From Lama glama (Eukaryota), in the NCBI GenBank assembly GCA_028534125.1, contig CM052821.1, forward strand, positions 55,614,001 to 55,678,000: a stretch of DNA of 64,000 nt, read 5' to 3'. Under the pieces are notes generated by a model that was not told the origin of the DNA, did not search any database, and saw only the letters and a list, made by a program, of their open reading frames with translations. Of this stretch, positions 13,071-24,724 are shown one piece after another. The translations under genes were made by a program, and so were the position numbers. The first letter of the stretch is position 1; every line of letters begins with the position of its first letter.

Positions 13071-16000
13071 GCGGTGCGTGGACTGTACAGCCATACACGG
13101 AGGGCAGCCTCGGTCGGTGCGTGTGGACAGGAAGGCCATGGCTCCTTCACACGTTTGTGTGTAGGGACACTTGCCAGAGCTGACGGGCAGCATGACGACC
13201 GTCTTTGTGTCCAGGTCGGTGCCTGGAGGGCGTTGCTGGTGGACTGAGCAGCGACTGGGTCACATGGACGAGAAAGGACTCAGCGAGGCGCGCAGTGCGT
13301 GCTGATGAGAAGGTGGGAGGAGAGGACAGTGGTGGGGGCTGTGTTGCTGGGACCACAGGGTTCTGGCCCTCCTTGAGCGTCCGTACGGTCTGGCGGATGC
13401 TGTGTGTGCCCGAGGCGCTTGGTGGCAAATGCATCTAGTCCCACCTGTTCAGAGTGGTGGCTGTGGACTTCGAGGTATCCCTCTCTTTCTCCTAATTCTG
13501 CAACTTGAACACGTTCTTGACCCCCCCATACGTCAGCATCCTTGTTTGTGAGATAGCCCCAGGGGTGTGCTGACTCCGGGCGCAGGCGCTGTGGTGGGGG
13601 TCCGGAGGTACAGATTGTCACTTCCGTGTGCCTCAGTGTCCACGTCTGTCAAGGAGAAGCAGCGCTGCCGACCTCCCATCCCAGGCTTGTTCCGAGCACT
13701 GAGAGTGCTGCTGCGCACAGCCGCTCCGAGCCCGGTTCCCGCCGCGAGCCCGGCCCCTGCTCTGAGCTGCTCGGCCCCTCCTCGAGCCGTCTCGCGTGTA
13801 GCCATGCCTCGTTACCACGCTGCCGGAGGGCGGCCCCTCGCCACCTGTGCACAGAGGGGCCCGCGGGGCCGCGGCACACGTCGGCTGAAGCCTGTGCCCA
13901 TTTCAGAAGTGAGCTGGAGCTGGAGCGGGCCGCTCATTCTATGGTTGACTCCTGGAGAGTTCTGGAAGGTTCTCCGTAGAAGGGCTGTACCGTTTGTCGT
14001 GCATTTTGAGGGTAAAGGGTTACTGTTAACAGTGAAAGAGGGGCAAATGGAGCGTGAGCCAGGCCAGCTGGCTCAGATGTTGCCCTGGTTCTCAGGGCTG
14101 AAGAGGTGAGGCCTCCTTTGTATTAAAGGAGGGAAGTTGCATCATGTTCCAAGATGGTTCAGCCGTAAGAACAGATGCTCTGCGGTCAGCAGCACCTCAC
14201 ACCACCCGGGGTCCTCAGGACGGCTGCCGCACGTGCCCATAAGGACAGCTGCTTTCCTCTCATCAGACAGACAGACAGACGCGTTTGCAGACTGAGTTGT
14301 CCCCAGCGAGCATTTAGGGAGGCGTCAGGGAACCCGCACCCGGATGTCTGTGGGTTGTCCAGTCCTGACACGGTCGCAAAGCCTGTCTTCCAGGCTGTCA
14401 CCTGCAGGAGTGTGGGCCTTGCCATGCCGGCCTCAGTGTCTGTGGAGCAGGGGGGATGCTGGAGATGCGCTGGGCTCAGTGCTGCTCTCAGAAGCCACTC
14501 GAATGTTGGGATGGAAGTGATGTTCAAAGCATCTCCCTGTCTCCCTGGGCCACAGGTCCAAGGTGGTGACCAGTGTGGCCCCTTTAACTGTTCTGGGAAG
14601 GGAAACATCCACTGCCTACTTCTTCCTCCTCCTCTCTCCCCTGTTTGGAGAAGTTGATAAACTTAGTTGTAACAATAAAATGTGTACCCATGAAGCTTCT
14701 GGGCAGCCCTGACTCCCTCCGGTCGGGCACCCCCAGATGTCCTGTAGGCGCCCCCGTGCCGCCAGGCCGGTGGCCACAGTCACACAGCCCGTGAGTGATC
14801 TGCGTGGTGAGCGGCTGTGGCGGGTCGTCAGTGGGGCCGCTGCGGGGGTGCACAGTCCAGGGGTGCAGTACAGCTGGGAGGGGCAGGAGGGGGTGGGGCT
14901 GAGGTGGTCCTGGATGGGCTGGGCTGGATGGTTCCCCATGGGTCCCCAGGGGTCTGTTGCTGAGCCCTTACCGGGTCGCAGGCATGACAAAGCCTCTGCA
15001 ACACCTGTGAGCTTTGTAGTGGCTGGTGGTGGAGCAGAGCGAGGCGGGGCCGTAAATCTGAGTGCAGTCACAGGCTTGGGGACCTCGTGTGGCCCCTGGG
15101 TGGGGAGCAGGAGCACCTGGGTTGGGGACAGCAGGTTCTGGACTGTCCCGGAGGCACAGCGTCCTCTCATGGTGAAGGAGCTCTTGTGTAGGTGGTCCTG
15201 AGGGCCCCATCCTGCAGTCAGGCCTTGACTCCCGGGTGCCTTCTGCTCCGGGGCCGTCTGGGGCACAGAGCCCTGAGTGGGCCTGGCTTTCCCGGTCTGG
15301 ATTCCTGCCTGGTCTGCGGGCAGCTCCCTGCTGTCGGGAGAGAGCCGTGCTGGTGAGGTGAGGGGTGTCTGCCGTTTGTTGACTAGTGGAGAAAGAGCGT
15401 AGTAATGATACTGAGGCTTTCAATGAATTATTTTAGAAGAGATAGCCCACGTTCTCATCTCAGCTGATGAGAATCCGTCTTTCTCTGCTTCAGACGTGAG
15501 GACGTCTGTGCTCAGGCACACGGCTTACCTGCCGTTGCTTCCTGTCTTCTGCGTGGATTCTGAGTAAGTCTTTTGTTCCATTGAGAAGATTAAGGGCAGT
15601 ATTTGGTTGAAAAAATTTTAATGAAGCACCTAACAGAGCTATTATTCATTTTTGAAACAAGTTGCTGTGGTTACCATAGTAATATTAAACCTTTTATTAA
15701 ACGTTTTTTGCTTCCGCCCGTAGTCGGTTTTTGTTCTGTGCTGATGGGGGAGCTGCAGATCCACGAACCTGGTGCCTGGAAAGAATTTTCTAGCTCTGTT
15801 GAGTTAAATCATTCAAGGAATTTACGTTACAGGGACATAAAGCTTATAAATCTAGTTTATCATATCTATCATTTAATTGTTCATGCAAGCCATCTCTTTG
15901 TGTAGCGATTTACAGTAATCTCGGGGAAATAACAGTTTTGTGTCACGAGATGAATAATGCATGCAAAGAAATTGTTGAGCTCCTTAAAATCATTATGCTC

Positions 16001-16807
16001 AAAATAGGAGGCTCTTTGATTTGAAAGTGATAGAATGACGGTCGGTCGTGTACTAGATGCTACCCGGGGCTTCAGAGTCTGTCATTCTCAGGCGCGTTGG
16101 GTCGCCCGCGCTCGGGAGGGAAGCACTGGCGACGAGCTGTCTCCGGCAGGACCCGGCACCCTGCTGCAGCCACACTGCAGCGGGCGAGGTGCGACCACGG
16201 GCTCCGGGAGGGCTGGGGTGCTGGTGCAGAGGAGAAGAGCTGTGTGTCCAAGATGAGATGCTTTTGAGTCTTCCCTCTGACTGGGGCAAGAAACAGGGCT
16301 CTTGCCGCCGGAGATTGTTGCAAGGCCGCCGCCGCGGAGTGCGCGCGAGGTCGGAAGGAGGATGTGCTCGGTGCTTCCCTCCCGCCGGTTTCTCGTCCGT
16401 CTCCAGCACAATGGACCGCGGCGCGGCTGGCGCTGCTGTCGTTCCAGTGGTGAGGTTAACAGGCCGCAGCGCTGTGGTTTTCAGTTCTGGCGACTCCCGG
16501 GGTAGGTTTGTTGTTAGCGCGTCCCCTCCTGCGTGTGTGTTGATTGCCAGCCGTGGAGATGCAGCCTCCTCACCCGAGCTTTGGGCCTGTGCATAGATGT
16601 GCTGCCAGAGACGCTGAGGTCGGAGGGGGCAGTTCATGGCGGGGGGGTTGTGGGGGAGCAGCGGGTGAGAGGGGAGGCAGCTTCTCCCAGAAGGGTGAGG
16701 ACTCTGCAACTCGGGGGACCGCCGGACGCGGTTCTCGAAGTGAGAGTGATCAGTCACTGTCAGCGGGCCCACGCTGCCCTTACCTTCCCTCCTGCTGTAA
16801 AACAATC

Positions 16808-17030
16808 GTGTTATGAGAAATTTCAAACGTCCGCAGAGGTGGAGAGAACAGCACGGTGAAGCCAGCCCCCCCGTCACCCGGATTCCACAGTGATCAGGAT
16901 TCTGCCGTGATCGGCTCATCCGGCCCCTTTTTCTCTTCCTTTCCCTTTGCTGTAGTATTTCAAAGCAAATCCCAGACATCATGTCATTTCACCTTTCCCT
17001 ACTTGAGTATGCATTCCGAGAAGAAAAACC
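16808..17030 (-). mobile_element. Ancient L1ME-like 3' end fragment
   Basis: ttatgagaaatttcaaac...tatttcaaagcaaatcccagacatcatgtcatttcacc. Confidence 0.6.
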
Positions 17031-18052
17031 TCCTGCTATTTTAAGCACATGGTGCTGGTGGAGAGGCCCTTCAGGCCTGCGTTCCCCTCCGCCGACTCGT
17101 GTGTGGGTTTCGCAGGCAGGGCTGTGTCTCGGGGCATCAGCCTTCTTTGGGAGTCAGCGAATCCAATGATCTTTGGCTAATTGGGTGGAAGGCCTTGCAG
17201 TTTGAAGAAACAGTTGTCTAGATCCCTCTCTCAGCGTTGGAGAGGTGGGCCTGACCTGAGGCGTTTGTTCTGTTTTTGGTGCTAGGTTTGCTGCTCAGAT
17301 TTCCTAGCGTGAGGAGTGTCGTAGGAGACATCATCGGAGACAGTGTGGCTGGACCCGGGATGTCCTGTACGGGTCTAGAAGTCAGAGCGCGTATTCTGGG
17401 AGGAGCAGCTGGCCCTCAGGTGTGCGTATCCGCTGATGTCTGTCTACAGGAGGCTTGTCCGATAGGGCCTAAGGAATTAGATGGGCTTGGCTGACATGAT
17501 CTGTCGTTTCGTGACACCTCTTTCCCGCCCCGTCTCCCCCTGCCGCCCATCTCACGTGGCTGTGGGGAGAGCGGTGGTGCACTGGGTTTTCTCTGTTACC
17601 TGGAATCACGCTCGTCAGGGTTGTCGATGGCGTCCAAGGTGCGTGCTTTTCCCAAGTAGGGCTTTGAGTCTTTCACGACAAGCTGTGTGAGTGACCCTGT
17701 ACTCAAGGCGACCAAGCTCGGTGGTGCCTTGTGTTTGCAGAGGGGGCCCCACTCACTCAAGGGAGGGGAAGTGCAGTTTGAAATGACAAGAGGCTCAGTT
17801 CCAAGTGGACATTTCTATATAAAGCATTACAGTGTATGTACAGGGCCTGTTCTCGTGGCTCCCTGGGAAGCTGTGAAAAACTAGCGGAGCGTGGAGGGGA
17901 TCTGTGCGGGACACACCCAGGGGGAGAGCCCCAAGCCTCTGCCCGCAGTGACGTCCTTCTGGGGTGACAGTCCTGTCTTAGAAGACAGAGAGGGAACCGA
18001 GTTGGGAGAGTGAATTTGGTCTCAGTCACCTGGAAACAGCTTTGCAGCGAGA

Positions 18053-18133
18053 GTTTTGCTGGTTAACAGTGGGTCTGGTGAGGGGTTTTGCTGGTTAACA
18101 GCGATGCTGATGGGGAGTTTTGCTGGTTAACAG
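18053..18133. repeat. Short minisatellite: three copies of GTTTTGCTGGTTAACAG with an exact 32-bp period
   Basis: Identical 17-mers start at 18053, 18085 and 18117. Confidence 0.9.
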
Positions 18134-20290
18134 TGGCACTGAAACGTTTCCTTTGCATTTAACTTTGCGTCTTTCACCCTCCCCCCTACCCCGAAACCGG
18201 TTAGGGAGGGGGTTTCAGAAGAGCGCTTTAAGTATCCAGTGGGACGTGGGCCGCCTGCCCTTGCCGTGTGAATCTCGCGGTGGAAGCTTTCCATCGGGGA
18301 CCCAGGAGAACAGGGAGGTAGGGCTCTCTGTAGGAAGGCCGTGAGTGCAGAGCCATTTGGAGTTGATTCTGGGCCCATAAATTGGTCTGTGACTAACTGC
18401 ACTGAGTTTTAAAGCAGGTTGTGTATGAATTTTAAGTGCTTCCTTACCGAGACAGCTACGACCTGGCCCCATTTGGAGCAGGCCGTGGGGTTCTGGGAGC
18501 CCAGGGAGGGACCTGGGAGCCGGGGGTGGACCACCGGCCCGCAGCCTCCCTGCCAGCAGCTCAGGCAGGTCCGGTTACGCTCCCTGGTACGAGCACTTGT
18601 CGCCTCTGCCTTGGTAACAGGGGCTTCGGCTGGCGTTGCTGAAGCTGTGGGCTGATGTTCATTCCGTTACTGTGTGTTACTCTTTTACTGCATACTATTT
18701 CTGTTGCAAATAGTCATAAATATTGTTACAGTTTTGACTGCATTATGACATGTTTCTCTGAGTAGTCTCACGTACACTGAGGGCTGCAGGGCTGAGCAGT
18801 TTGTGGTTTGCCTTGGTGCTCCTTTCTGAGTGTGTTTCAGTCCACAGTGACGGGGCCTCGTCACCTCCTTTCTAGACCTGCAGACCTTCACTGTGTGGTT
18901 CCCGAACTCTGACAACACTTCACTGCTGGCGGGGAGCTCACGGGGACCCTTAACAATGCATCTCCTCCCCTGCCTGTGCTGGACGCATCCCTTAGCCTCA
19001 CCTGTGCGGAGAGCGGGTGTGGGCTCTCTCGGAGGGTGGTCACGGGCATCAAACACCCTAATTCGTACAACACTCCAGGCAGGGCGCCTGTCGTGGCTGT
19101 TACTCCAGCAGTGGAACATTCTTTCTTCCAGGAGGCACTCTCTGCGTGCAGGGTCTCCCGCTGGTCTGGCTCTGGCCGCCCAAGCGCGTCCCTGTCCACG
19201 TGGCAGGTGGTCTCCCATGCTGTCCTTGCTCTGCTGCCCTTTCTCAGGCCGCTCCCGGCCGTGATGGCAGGGCCCTTCACAACCTGACTTCCTCCCTCGA
19301 CCAGCGGCCGTGGGTCAGCGTTTCTCTGGAATTCTGGACTGATTGGTGGTGGGGAGCAGTGGGCCGTCTCCTCCCTTCCCGCGGCCTTGCATTCTGCTGC
19401 CTCTCAGGGCAGCTGCACGTGCTCTCCCGAGCCTGCTATTGACTAAGCCGCAGCCTCTGTCGTCTCCGTTGGAAAACAGCGTGGTCAGATTGCCTGTCCT
19501 GGGCTGGATGCCCGTTCAGCCACCTTCTTCCCCACATCCCAGCCTGTAGGGCCCGTCAGGAGAGGCTGGGCAGTGGGCGCACACGGTCACAGCTGTGGGT
19601 CACAGCGCCCGGTTCTCTGGTTGTCTCTGCCTCTCTCGGACCGAGGGATTGGACTGGTCCCGCAGCTCTTTCTGTGCTTCTGCTTCCGCGTGAAAGGCTT
19701 GCAGAGACGCAGCGAGGCTGACACACGCGCTCTGCCCAGCCCTGTGGGCCCCTTGTGGAGGCGGGCGTCTCCTGTTGGGTTGTGGGCGCTCCCTCTGCTT
19801 GGCGTGGCGGCAGTTGGCGGATGGGACGCGCCTATTTCGTCTTTGTTTAAGCTGTTCTTGTTACTCACGTGTCCGGCCAGGTGATTTTGGATGGACTCAG
19901 GTAAAGGAATCTGGTGATGCTGTTTCACCAGAGCTGTGGCTGCTCTCAGGGGAGCATCGGGAGGAAGTTAGCCAACCCTGGACCCGCTGCCGCGTGTGTG
20001 GGGCCGGGGCCCTTCCTTCCTCTGTCCCAGCCCCGCAGCCCCTCTGCGCACCTGCCAAGCGGCTGGCCGCGTGCACAGTGGGCGGCCCAGGGCCCCTGCC
20101 CGCCTGGAGCTCACAGTGCGGGGCCGGGGAGGTGAGGGTGGGCAGGAGAGCACAGGAGACAGGCCGCGTCGTGCTGCTGGGGCCAGGCAGCGCCAGCACC
20201 AGGGCTACTTCTGGAGTGTGCTGTTACGTGTTTCACCCACTGACAGCTTCGTAGACTTGATGTCTCAGGGCTGATGCCAGCATAGTGACC

Positions 20291-20318
20291 GTGTGTGTGT
20301 GTGTTTGTGTGTGTGTGT
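20291..20318. repeat. Imperfect (TG)n microsatellite
   Basis: gtgtgtgtgtgtgtttgtgtgtgtgtgt seen directly. Confidence 0.8.
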
Positions 20319-20399
20319 AATTCACAATAAAATATAGTGTGCAGAGCCCTTCTGGGGAGGGATAACACTAGACCCAAGATTTTGAGAAGTAACATTAGC

Positions 20400-21118
20400 C
20401 CATTCAAACAATGTGTCTGTCACACCCACTAGGATAGTTATAATGAAAAGACAGGCACTAACGAGCATTGGCAAGGACATGGAGAAATCAGAACCTGACA
20501 CACGGCTGGCGAGAATGTAAAATGATGCAGCCGCCTTGGAAACAGTCTGACAGTTTCTCAAACAATGTAACTTAGAGCCACCATATAACCCAGCAGTTAC
20601 ACCCCTAGGTCTGTATACACTCAGGAGAATCTTAAACTTACTTCATACAAAAACTTACATGACAATGTTTGTAGCAACATTATTTATAATAGCCCCAAAG
20701 TGGAAGCAACCCAAATGTCCATCAGGTGATGAACAGAAAAATAAAGCATGGTTGATCTGTACACTGGAGCATTATTCATCCACAGAAAGTGTGAAGCACT
20801 GACTCAGGCTCCAGCATGGACAAACCCAGAAAACACTCTGCTCAGTGAAGAATGCCAGTCACAGAAGGTCACATGCTGTGTGACTCCGTTGACAGGAAAG
20901 GTCAGGACAGGCAGATCTGCGGGGACAGAGGTGGGTTGGTGGTTGCTGGGGCTGGGGGTGGGGCTCGTGGTATGTGGTGTGTCTGGGGGTGATGAAGATG
21001 TTCTGGAGTTAGATGGTGGTGCTGGCTGCACAGCTCTGTGTACATACTAAAACCATTGACTTGTGTGCTCTAAGTTTTATGGTATGTGGATTATGTCTCA
21101 GCAAAGAAACTTTTTAAA
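20400..21118 (+). mobile_element. L1MB/L1MC-like element: ORF2 end and 3' UTR
   Basis: cacacccactaggatag...ggcaaggacatggagaaatcagaacc...ccatataacccagcag...gaagcaacccaaatgtccatca...gatgaagatgttctggagttagatgg. Confidence 0.85.
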
Positions 21119-23662
21119 TGTACCTGTTTGTGTTCGCTGTGGGAAGCCTGTGAGGGGATGCGGAGAGGCTCTGCCCTGGGAGGGTGACAGTCTGTTAGGC
21201 GGTGAGGGACAGTATTAGACGGCGAGAAGACGCCAGCTGAACAGGTAACGTTTTGGTGGAACCTGGGGCGGGGCGGGGCGGGGCGGGTGTCACTGCAGGT
21301 CGCACAGAGCTCCTCCCGTTGCCTCCTCTAGGGGAGAGTGGCCGTCCCCGCATCCTGGCCCAGAGCTCCCTGTGTGCCTGCCGCTCGATCTCAGGTCTGA
21401 ATCCCATGTGCGGGGCCCGGTTCTGGGGCCCGGGGCCCCCCGGACTTGGAGGCTGCTTGCCTGGCTCAGGGGCCCTGGTGCTGCTCTTGTGGGGAACCTG
21501 CTCCCCGGCAGCCCTGCCTTGCTGTGGGCAGCACTCCGAAGGGCCTTTAAGGCCAGGAGCTTAGCAGGCAAGTGTCTGAAGAAAGCCGGAGGCCTGAAGG
21601 GACGACCTGCCCCGGTCGAGCAGCCTTTCGTGTTTTCAGACCTCTTCTCCCCCGTCCCGCCTTTCCCCTCGGCTCTCTCTCTGTTTATCAGTTCTTCCCT
21701 CAGAAGCTCGGGAACGTTGAGAGCAGGTGAGGGAGGAGTCAGACACCTGCTTCCACGAACGCACTAACCAAACTCACCGTGGAAGCCTGGGGCCGAGAGT
21801 TTCTGAACATTTGAAAACCGCCACTTCCTTTCCATCGGGGGTCCTCGTGCCTTGGCTCGCGGACCGTTCAGCGTGGCCAGCTGTGACCTCTGCCGCGATG
21901 AGTCCCCTGGCTGCGGGGCTGTCAGGACGCCGCACCTCGCTAGGGTCGTGGGTGTCATTGCTGCCTCAGGTGTGGTTTGAGACACAGAGTGTCACGTTTG
22001 CCCTCTTCGTCCTGACCTGAAGCATCTCGCACCTTGAGAAGCTATTCTCCCTGGATTTCTGTGACCCCGCCATCCCTGAAGGTCTCCTGTGACTCCGTTC
22101 TGCTCTGTCCACCTTGTTTTGGTAACCACTGTGTGTCGCCCCCCCCACCAGTTCTCTCTGGCATGATCCACAGTCCTCCTGGCTTCCACTCTCCGAGCCT
22201 CCGCCCCCAGTCCCACTGTCTCGTAGAGAGGCCCACGGCCGCATCCTTAGACTCTGTCCGGCTGGAACGTGCAAAGTATGGTAGACGGACTGTGAGCTTT
22301 GGTTTCGAGTCGGGCAGCTGAGTCTCATGCCCTCATCTGTAGGGTGGGGACAAGAATTGCCCCCCAGGGGTGAGAACTGTCCCGCAGCGCCCGGCACTCT
22401 GGGTCCTCATCCCTTTTCCTCCTCCTCCCCGCCTTCCCATGTAAGTCACACACGTCCCTGTCTCTTATGGCAATGTTGGGGGGGTCCTCCACTGGCCCGC
22501 CCCCCCCGCTTCCTGTGTGAGTCACACGTGTCGCCGTCTCTTACTTCTGGCAGTGCTGGGGGTTGCTGTCAAGCCTTTGCGTCTGTCTCCGCGTCTTGTT
22601 ACTGCTCACGTGCGTCTGTTCTTGTTCTTCCACGATGTCCTCGGGTTGTTTCCTGCCTCCTTTCCTTCCTTGTCTTTGATGGCCTGCCCTGCCTCGGACC
22701 TTTGTTGTCTCTGCCCGTCCCCTGAAGTCGCTTGCAGCTAGTCTGCGTGCGCCCCTGCCCCGCAGCACGCCCCGTGCACTAGCAGGAGCTGAGTCAGACG
22801 GCAGTGCGGCTTCTCCTCGACTTCAGCAGCTCCCCGCTGCTTCCAGGACAGAGGGCTCCGGTATTTAATGCTCTGCGTAATCGGACTCTTAATTACCTGT
22901 TCGTTCTTCCGCTCCACCCGGAGTAGGAGCCTACCGGTGCTGGACTGTTGATTATTGCTCTTTACTGACACATGTGAGCAGTGACGATCGTGACGATTAC
23001 AGTAGGCACTGAACGCAGAATGCTCTGATGGCATGACAGACAGAAGGCAGGAGCCGTTGTAGTAGTTCAGTCGTGACTCATTGCTGCCCAGCCTTCTCTG
23101 TGACTTACACGTGAGCTTGTGTGCGGGGCCCGGGGGCCCGTGCCACTCTGCCCTGGGAAACGCGCCGCATACTTGTCTCCGAGGAACCGCGCGCACCTCT
23201 GACCAGCCTGTCTTCAGCCTGTCTGTGGGCCGAGTCCGGCTTCCTGTCTGGTGGGCTCCTCAGCCGCGAGTGACGTCCAGGAGTGTGCTCGCTGGCCTTC
23301 AGGGTCACAGTGGGTGCGGGAGGCCCTTGGGAGCTCGGAGGCGGCACCTCTCTCTCTTCCACTTCCCCGAGGGTGTCTGATCTGGGGGGCTTCTCCAGAG
23401 CGAGCAGGTGCAGGAGGGACAGTGACCTGGAAGAGGTCGTGATCACCCCGGGGTCCTCGCCAGGCACGTGGACACGGCAGAACGCTCTCTTAGGGGCCGC
23501 GGTGCTCTCCTGTTGATGTTCAGACATTGCAGCATCAGGATGCCTGGACTTGCTGACCTGTCTTCTTACTGACTTTGCCTGGTAAGGACTGGAGTCGCTG
23601 GCTGCTGGGCAGTGTGATCAGCAAACACTGCTGACCCGAGAAGGGGCCGAGCCGAGTCCTGC

Positions 23663-23702
23663 TGCGCGCGCGTGCGTGCGTGTGCGTGTGCGTGTGTGTG
23701 TG
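23663..23702. repeat. Alternating purine-pyrimidine tract, (GC)n to (GT)n, Z-DNA prone
   Basis: tgcgcgcgcgtgcgtgcgtgtgcgtgtgcgtgtgtgtgtg. Confidence 0.8.
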
Positions 23703-23849
23703 AGAGATAATGCAGAAATTACAGGAGACTGAGGGTCCGTCTTCATCAAGTCCTCCCGGAGAGCGAAGAAGCGAAGCTCAGGCTTCTAATTTGCTTGAAA
23801 GGGTTTGGACTTAACATGGAGAAGCAGCAGCCTTTCCCTTAATTAAACG

Positions 23850-24460
23850 CCTGCGGCGCTGGCTGTGGGCTCAGTGGTGTTGAGGGAAACCAGCGTGATG
23901 AGACCCTGTGAAGGGCGCCCGGCCGCCCGGGGCCTCTGCCGGGCGGGGGCGCGGGCGGGGCGGCCCCGGGACGCGGGGAGCAGCGCGCTGCGCTTTCCCT
24001 CGCCGCCCGCTTGGAGACGCCGGAGTTTTCCCTGAGACATTTTGGGTGTACTTCCTGCGCTCCTGTAGGGACATGTGGATAGGGCTCTGGTTTAGCCGGT
24101 TCCCTGCTGTTGGACGTGTAGATCATATCTTTCTTTAATACATAAATCCTTGGGCATAAATGTTTGCTTGCATTTTGGAGCATTTCTTTGGGGCGGGTTC
24201 CCAGCAGTGGAACCACCGGCTCAGAGGCCATGAGCACGGGATCCGCGGGGCTGGAGGCCCTGCCCCCCGGGACCTCTCGTCGGAGCATTGCCCTCCACCC
24301 CGCGTGCCCGGCGTGGAACGGAACGTTTCCTGGGCTGGCGGGTGCCGGCTCACGCGCAGGGCTCTGAGGGCGTTGCTGGGCGCGGGCGCCCTCGGGTTAG
24401 TCTGCGGGCCTCTCCAGTCGTGAACGGACCCAGGGCGCGCATCCTGCCGAGCTGGCCTCC
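23850..24460. promoter_or_regulatory. Intronic CpG-island-like segment with GC boxes
   Basis: Very dense CpG, GGGCGGG motifs at 23941 and 23953, and an ETS-like acttcctg near 24050. Function is not demonstrated. Confidence 0.45.
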
Positions 24461-24724
24461 GCTGGGTTTTCAGTTGGTGTCCTGAAGCCTGGGGTCAGTG
24501 GGAGGGCTCTGCAGGCTCCTGTCCGAGCCTGTCGGAGGCTCTTCCACATTCAAGCCCCTCCTTCCTCTGCGCAGCACCGCTCAGCCCCTCACTTCTGGTC
24601 AGAAGCCTGCCCGCCAGTGTCCCTCACAAGACCCCCTACAGCGGAGTGCCGCCTTCCACCTTCCTTAGAAGGCAGTTGGGGTTATAAGTCGCCTTTAAAA
24701 ATTCCTCATCCAAGACTTACAAAA

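Noticed and set aside
15465-15563. Box C (TGATGA) and box D (CTGA) pair suggesting an intronic C/D snoRNA
   Set aside because: No terminal stem, the C box lacks the leading purine, there is no recognisable rRNA or snRNA antisense element, and such short motifs occur by chance.
16053-16982. Longest ORF in the track (309 aa, minus strand), and the many other 60-250 aa ORFs
   Set aside because: Low-complexity Pro/Arg/Gly/Ala composition expected in GC-rich DNA, no recognisable domain, overlap with repeat relics, and mostly non-ATG starts.
18053-18133. CRISPR-like repeat-spacer appearance
   Set aside because: Mammalian intron with no cas genes; the repeats (17 nt) and spacers (15 nt) are too short, and the spacers are related to each other.
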